From assembly GCA_044866005.1 (NCBI GenBank), contig JBIOTN010000008.1, positions 1-39,829 on the forward strand: a DNA stretch of 39,829 nt, written 5' to 3'. Both the position numbers and the translations under genes were made by a program. Positions 35,567 to 39,829 of this stretch are shown piece by piece. Position 1 is the stretch's first letter. Each line of letters opens with the position of its first letter. This DNA comes from Candidatus Rokuibacteriota bacterium (GTDB lineage: Bacteria; Methylomirabilota; Methylomirabilia; Rokubacteriales; DASRDR01). A model generated the notes under the pieces. That model was not told the origin of the DNA. It did not search any database and saw only the letters and a list, made by a program, of their open reading frames with translations.

Positions 35567-36628
35567 GTGCGCGGCTTGATCCTCGCGGGTGGCCGCGGCA
35601 CGCGGCTGCGCCCCATCACCTTCACCTCGGCCAAGCAGCTGGTTCCGGTCGCGAACAAGCCCATCCTGTTCTACGGGCTGGAGGCGCTCGCGGCGTCGGG
35701 CCTGGAGGAGATCGGCATCGTCGTGGGGGACACCCACCAGGAGATCCGGGACGCGGTGGGCGACGGGCGCCGGTGGGGCGTGCGGGCGACGTACATTCCG
35801 CAGGACGCGCCCCGTGGGCTGGCCCACGCCGTCCTCACCGCGGAAGCCTTCCTCCGTGGCCGTCCCTTCGTCATGTACCTCGGCGACAACCTCATCCGCG
35901 AGCCGCTCGCGCCGCTCGTGGCGCGCTTCCGGGCGGAGCAGCCGAACGCGCAGATCCTCCTGGCCAAGGTCCCGAACCCCCAGGACTTCGGGGTAGCCGA
36001 GCTCAAGGACGGGCGGGTCGTGCGGCTCGTGGAGAAGCCCCGGACGCCGCCGTCCGACCTCGCGCTGGTCGGGATCTACATGTTCGACGACCACGTCTTC
36101 GATGCCGCGCGCGCGATTCGCCCCTCCTGGCGCGGCGAGCTCGAGATCACGGACGCCATTCAGCAGCTCATCGACCGGGACCTCGCGGTGCGCCCCCACG
36201 TGATCGAGGGGTGGTGGAAGGATACCGGGAAGCTCGAGGACCTGCTCGAGGCCAACCAGATCATCCTCGACTCCCTGGAGAGCCGGGTGGACGGGGTGGT
36301 CGAAGGCTCCGAGCTCTCCGGTAAGATCGTCATCGAGCGGGAGGCGAAGGTGGTGGGGAGCCTGGTCCGCGGTCCCGCGATCATCGGTCGCGGCGCGCTC
36401 GTCGAGCGCGCCTACGTCGGGCCGTTCACCTCGATCGGCGACGGCGTCACGCTCCGGCGCTGCGAGATCGAGCACTCCATCGTCCTCGAGGGCTCCTCGA
36501 TCACCGACATCGACGGCCGGGTCGAGTCGAGCCTCATCGGAAAGAACGTCAGCGTCTACCGGGCCTCGGGCAAGCCCCGCGCGTATAACCTGATGCTGGG
36601 GGACCGGAGCCAGATCGGGCTCCAGTAA
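35567..36628 (+). CDS. rmlA: Glucose-1-phosphate thymidylyltransferase (long form)
   Basis: 'LILAGGRGTRLRPIT..KQLVPVANKP', 'YLGDN', 'EKP', 'RGELEITDA'; C-terminal hexapeptide region. Confidence 0.93.
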   Translation: MRGLILAGGRGTRLRPITFTSAKQLVPVANKPILFYGLEALAASGLEEIGIVVGDTHQEIRDAVGDGRRWGVRATYIPQDAPRGLAHAVLTAEAFLRGRPFVMYLGDNLIREPLAPLVARFRAEQPNAQILLAKVPNPQDFGVAELKDGRVVRLVEKPRTPPSDLALVGIYMFDDHVFDAARAIRPSWRGELEITDAIQQLIDRDLAVRPHVIEGWWKDTGKLEDLLEANQIILDSLESRVDGVVEGSELSGKIVIEREAKVVGSLVRGPAIIGRGALVERAYVGPFTSIGDGVTLRRCEIEHSIVLEGSSITDIDGRVESSLIGKNVSVYRASGKPRAYNLMLGDRSQIGLQ

Positions 36629-36630
36629 AT

Positions 36631-36668
36631 CTCGGAGGGGGGTGTCGCCCCCCTCCGACGGCCCTCCC
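36631..36668 (+). repeat. REP-like G/C-run hairpin
   Basis: TCGGAGGGGGG-TGTCG-CCCCCCTCCGA-CGGCCCTCCC. Confidence 0.72.
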
Positions 36669-36825
36669 GGCTTGAGCCTCGGCCGGTCGGATTTTTCATC
36701 TCGGCCGTGACGCGCTCGGCCTGCGGCCTCGCGGCCGTCCCGGCCGTTCGTGGAGCGAGGATCGGGCCTGCCTCCCCCCAGGACGCGGCGGCGCGCTGGA
36801 GGGCGTCGTCTCTGAGGATCACGCG

Positions 36826-37824
36826 ATGCGAGTGCTGGTGACGGGGGGAGCGGGGTTCATCGGCTCGCACTTCGTCCGCCACCTCCTCCGGGCGTACCCC
36901 GGTTACGAGGTCGTCAACCTCGACAAGCTGACCTACGCCGGCAATCCGGCGAACCTCGCGGACGTCGACGGGGATCCTCGCTACCGGTTCCTGCAGGGCG
37001 ACATCTGCGACCCTGCGGTGGTGCGCACGGGGATCGCCGGCTGCGAGGCCGTGGTCAATTTCGCCGCCGAGTCCCACGTGGATCGCTCGATCCACGACGC
37101 GGGCGAATTCGTGCACACGGACGTGTACGGGACATGGGTGCTCCTGGAGGCGGCGCGCACCCACCGCGTGGCGCGGTACGTCCAGGTCTCCACGGACGAG
37201 GTGTACGGCTCGATCCCGACCGGCGCCTTCGCCGAGGGCGACCGTCTGAGCCCGTCGAGCCCGTATGCGGCGTCGAAAGCCGGCGGTGACCACCTCGCGC
37301 TGGCCTACTTCGCCACCTACGGGCTCTCCGTGGTCGTCAGCCGGGGCGCCAATACGTTCGGGCCCAACCAGTACCCGGAAAAGCTCGTCCCGCTGTTCAT
37401 CACGAACGCCCTCGACGACTCGCCGCTGCCGCTCTACGGCGATGGCGGGCAGGTCCGCGACTGGCTCTACGTGCTCGATCACTGCGCGGCGCTCGATCTC
37501 CTCCTGCACAAGGCGCCCGCCGGGGAGGTCTACAACGTCGGGGCGGGCCACGAGCTCACGAACCTCGCCCTGACCCGGCAGATCCTCGGCCTGCTCGGGA
37601 AGCCCGAGAGCCTGATCCGGCCGGTCGCCGACCGCCCCGGTCACGACCGCCGCTACGCGCTCGACACCGCCAAGCTGCGCGCCCTCGGCTGGGCGCCCGG
37701 CCACCGCTTCGACGACGCGCTGGCCGCGACGGTCGCCTGGTACCGCGCGAACGAGGCGTGGTGGCGCCCGCTCAAGTCGGGAGACTTCCGCCGCTACTAT
37801 CGACGGCAGTACGGCGCATCCTGA
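36826..37824 (+). CDS. rmlB: dTDP-glucose 4,6-dehydratase
   Basis: 'VTGGAGFIGS', 'DKLTYAGN', 'AAESHVDRSI', 'STDEVYG', 'YAASKA', 'DRPGHDRRY'. Confidence 0.95.
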   Translation: MRVLVTGGAGFIGSHFVRHLLRAYPGYEVVNLDKLTYAGNPANLADVDGDPRYRFLQGDICDPAVVRTGIAGCEAVVNFAAESHVDRSIHDAGEFVHTDVYGTWVLLEAARTHRVARYVQVSTDEVYGSIPTGAFAEGDRLSPSSPYAASKAGGDHLALAYFATYGLSVVVSRGANTFGPNQYPEKLVPLFITNALDDSPLPLYGDGGQVRDWLYVLDHCAALDLLLHKAPAGEVYNVGAGHELTNLALTRQILGLLGKPESLIRPVADRPGHDRRYALDTAKLRALGWAPGHRFDDALAATVAWYRANEAWWRPLKSGDFRRYYRRQYGAS

Positions 37825-38004
37825 CGGGCGCGGTCCCGCCGCCCCCTCCCTCACCGACCGCCGCCGGCCGCGTGGCCGGTCCGGTGACAAATCGCGCAAC
37901 GCGCGGACGTAATTGGTCACGCCCGCACCAGCCGCCCTGTCTCAACTGGGAGCCGAGTGCGGATAACTCGGCCGGCCACAACCCCCCCATCTCCCGCGCC
38001 CCGG

Positions 38005-38020
38005 TGGCCCGACCTTTGCT
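38005..38020 (+). promoter_or_regulatory. Sigma54 (-24/-12) promoter
   Basis: TGGCCCGACCTTTGCT: GG (38006-7), 10 nt, GC (38018-19), close to the TGGCACG-N4-TTGCW consensus. Confidence 0.7.
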
Positions 38021-38030
38021 TCGTTCACGC

Positions 38031-38170
38031 TGTCGTTGACGCGCTCGAGCCGATGGGCGGCGCGGCGACGACCAGGCGAGAATAGCGAACTCCCGGACCC
38101 GACCCCGGGAGCAGGCCAGGCCACCGAACGCTACGACGATCTCGGGCCTCGGTGGCCTGGCCCATTTTTT
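38031..38170 (+). ncRNA. Candidate sigma54-dependent small RNA (about 140 nt, three hairpins)
   Basis: Lies between the sigma54 promoter and a 14-bp GC stem plus T6 terminator; no convincing ORF. Confidence 0.55.
38114..38170 (+). terminator. Intrinsic terminator
   Basis: GGCCAGGCCACCGA (38114-38127)/TCGGTGGCCTGGCC (38149-38162), then CATTTTTT. Confidence 0.75.
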
Positions 38171-38172
38171 CG

Positions 38173-38246
38173 TCTCGAAGGGGGGTTCCACCCCCCTCCG
38201 AACCGCCCCCCCTCGGTTGCGCCGGCGGAGCCGGCGCTCGGAGCGC
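38173..38246 (+). repeat. REP-like G/C-run hairpin with second GCGCCGGC hairpin
   Basis: TCTCGAAGGGGGG-TTCCA-CCCCCCTCCGA..CCCCCCC..GCGCCGGC-GGA-GCCGGCGC. Confidence 0.7.
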
Positions 38247-38384
38247 TTCGGTGATCGCGCTCGTAGCGGTCGAGCCGTTCGCGACGCCTGGGCGTCTGAT
38301 CGTCGTTCGGATCGGTCCTCTGGCGGGCACACGGCCCTGGCGGAGCGCGTGCGGGGCGCAAAACCGCGTGCTATTCTTCTCGGC

Positions 38385-39785
38385 ATGATGGGCGCGGAGA
38401 CATATCGGGGCAAAGGCCTCATCGCCGACCCCATCCATCAGTACATCCCCTTTACCCGCCCCGAGGGTGGGCTTCCCGGCGAGGTGACCGAGCAGGACCT
38501 CATCGACACCCCCTGGGTCCAGCGGCTCCGCCGGATCCCGCAGCTCCAGTCCGCGCGCTGGGTGTTCCCGACGGCCGAGCACAGCCGGTTCACGCACGCC
38601 CTCGGCGCGATGCACGTGGCCGGCCGCTTCGCGCTCCAGCTCGCGCCCTCGCTGCGCTCCGTCTTCCCCGACGCCCCCTCCACGGCGCTCGTGGAGGAGC
38701 TCCTGCGGATGGCCGGGCTGCTCCACGACATCGGGCACGGGCCGTTCGGGCACTTCTTCGACGACAACTTCCTGGCCGACTACGACCTGACGCACGAGCT
38801 GGTCGGCCAGCGGATCATCCGGGAAGAGCTGGCGGAGATCGTCGCCGGGCTCCGGCGCAGCCCGAGCGGACCATTCGCCGAGGGCGAGGCGATCGACCCG
38901 AACTGGATCTGTTACCTCATGGGGAAGGGCTACACGCACCCGGAGGCCGGCGACCCGCCCTGGCTCGCGTTCCTCAAGCCGATCCTCTCCGGCATCTACA
39001 CGGCGGACAACCTCGACTACGTCCTGCGGGACTCGTACATGTGCGGCGTGTCGGTGGGGGCCGATCTCGAGCGCATCATCTACTACAGCTTCTTCACGCC
39101 CGAGGGGCTGACGCTCGCCCGCGCCGGCACGCAGGCCCTGATCATGTTCCTGACGGCCCGCTACTACATGTACACGAACGTCTACTACCACCGCACGACG
39201 CGGGCGATCGACCTGCACCTGAAGGAGATCTTCCGTCCCACGATGCGGATCCTCTTCCCCTGGGACCTGCGCCGGGACCTCCACCCGTACCTCCACCTGA
39301 CCGAGTGGACGCTGCTCGAGGAGGTCGGCCGGTGGCACGACGCCGAGGATCCGGAGCGGCGGACGCTCGGGCAGGAGTGGCGGCAGATCCTCGACCGTCG
39401 GCTCAAGTGGCGGATGGTGCACGAGGAGATCCTCGACGACTCGATGATCAAGGTCTGGGCGGTCATGCGCCCGGAGTACGTGGCGGGCCAGGTCCGGGAA
39501 GCGCTGCCGCGCGCGCTCAAGGACGCCGAGTTCCAGATCGACCTGGCATTCCAGGATCCCCGGCCGCTGAATCCGCTCGGCATGGGCGACCGGCAGATCT
39601 ACATCTACGACGGCGCGGCGGGGCGCGTGTCCAAGGAGCCGCTGGCGGGCTTGTTCAAGTACTTGCCCGGGAAGGTGGCCCAGTGCCGGATCTTCGCGCG
39701 CGATCACCGGCACGATCGCGAGCTCACCGAGGCCTTTCGCCAGGTGCTGTATGAGGACCGACCGGCCATCCCCACCAACGTCTAG
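38385..39785 (+). CDS. HD-domain phosphohydrolase (SAMHD1/dNTP triphosphohydrolase-like)
   Basis: 'IADPIH', 'QRLRRIPQL', 'EHSRFTHALG', 'LLHDIGHGPFGH', 'ADNLDYVLRD', 'MYTNVYYH'. Extended -10 TGCTATTCT ends 7 nt before the ATG. Confidence 0.9.
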   Translation: MMGAETYRGKGLIADPIHQYIPFTRPEGGLPGEVTEQDLIDTPWVQRLRRIPQLQSARWVFPTAEHSRFTHALGAMHVAGRFALQLAPSLRSVFPDAPSTALVEELLRMAGLLHDIGHGPFGHFFDDNFLADYDLTHELVGQRIIREELAEIVAGLRRSPSGPFAEGEAIDPNWICYLMGKGYTHPEAGDPPWLAFLKPILSGIYTADNLDYVLRDSYMCGVSVGADLERIIYYSFFTPEGLTLARAGTQALIMFLTARYYMYTNVYYHRTTRAIDLHLKEIFRPTMRILFPWDLRRDLHPYLHLTEWTLLEEVGRWHDAEDPERRTLGQEWRQILDRRLKWRMVHEEILDDSMIKVWAVMRPEYVAGQVREALPRALKDAEFQIDLAFQDPRPLNPLGMGDRQIYIYDGAAGRVSKEPLAGLFKYLPGKVAQCRIFARDHRHDRELTEAFRQVLYEDRPAIPTNV

Positions 39786-39789
39786 TGGG

Positions 39790-39829
39790 TCGGGGGGGTC
39801 TCGGGAGACCCCCCCGATGCCCCCCCTCG
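39790..39829 (+). repeat. REP-like G/C-run hairpin
   Basis: TCGGGGGGGTCT-CGGG-AGACCCCCCCGA-TGCCCCCCC; sister of the 4752 copy, both directly after a TAG stop. Confidence 0.75.

Noticed and set aside
33713..36475. Long antisense ORFs (also 2277-4304, 8760-11123, 18624-21446, 21377-23845, 38025-39713)
   Set aside because: Typical stop-poor antisense frames of high-GC coding DNA, with no recognisable motifs.

Overview
Very GC-rich bacterial chromosome segment. The gene style and intergenic G/C-run hairpin repeats suggest a Rokubacteria/Methylomirabilota-like organism, but this is inference only. (1) Core region, 1-6424: FHA protein, tadA overlapping tRNA-Ser(CGA), tRNA-Ser(GGA), a large Alu-type SRP RNA, dnaX-ybaB-recR, and a tRNA-Asn(GTT) gene split by a 303-nt group I intron inside the anticodon (35/36). 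(2) Accessory island, about 6.5-17.3 kb: RHH/PIN toxin-antitoxin pair, gene remnants, a HOD/AqdC-like cofactor-independent dioxygenase, a SARP/BTAD-AAA-TPR regulator with 11-bp-phased direct repeats upstream of two exported proteins, and a degenerate tRNA-Lys 3' fragment. It also holds an ECF sigma/anti-sigma/MBL module with a palindromic promoter, bracketed by two copies of an unexplained non-coding element. (3) Metabolic and transport genes: D-aminoacylase, ndh, acetamidase, a metal ABC transporter lacking its ATPase, AI-2E, MoaB and HtrA. (4) A rhodanese-MoeB fusion with an in-frame TGA at the conserved Cys and a SECIS-like hairpin, probably a selenoprotein. (5) A GT4/flippase/WcaJ/rmlA/rmlB polysaccharide cluster, a candidate sigma54-dependent three-hairpin sRNA, and an HD-domain dNTPase-like gene. 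All calls come from reading the sequence; no searches were run.
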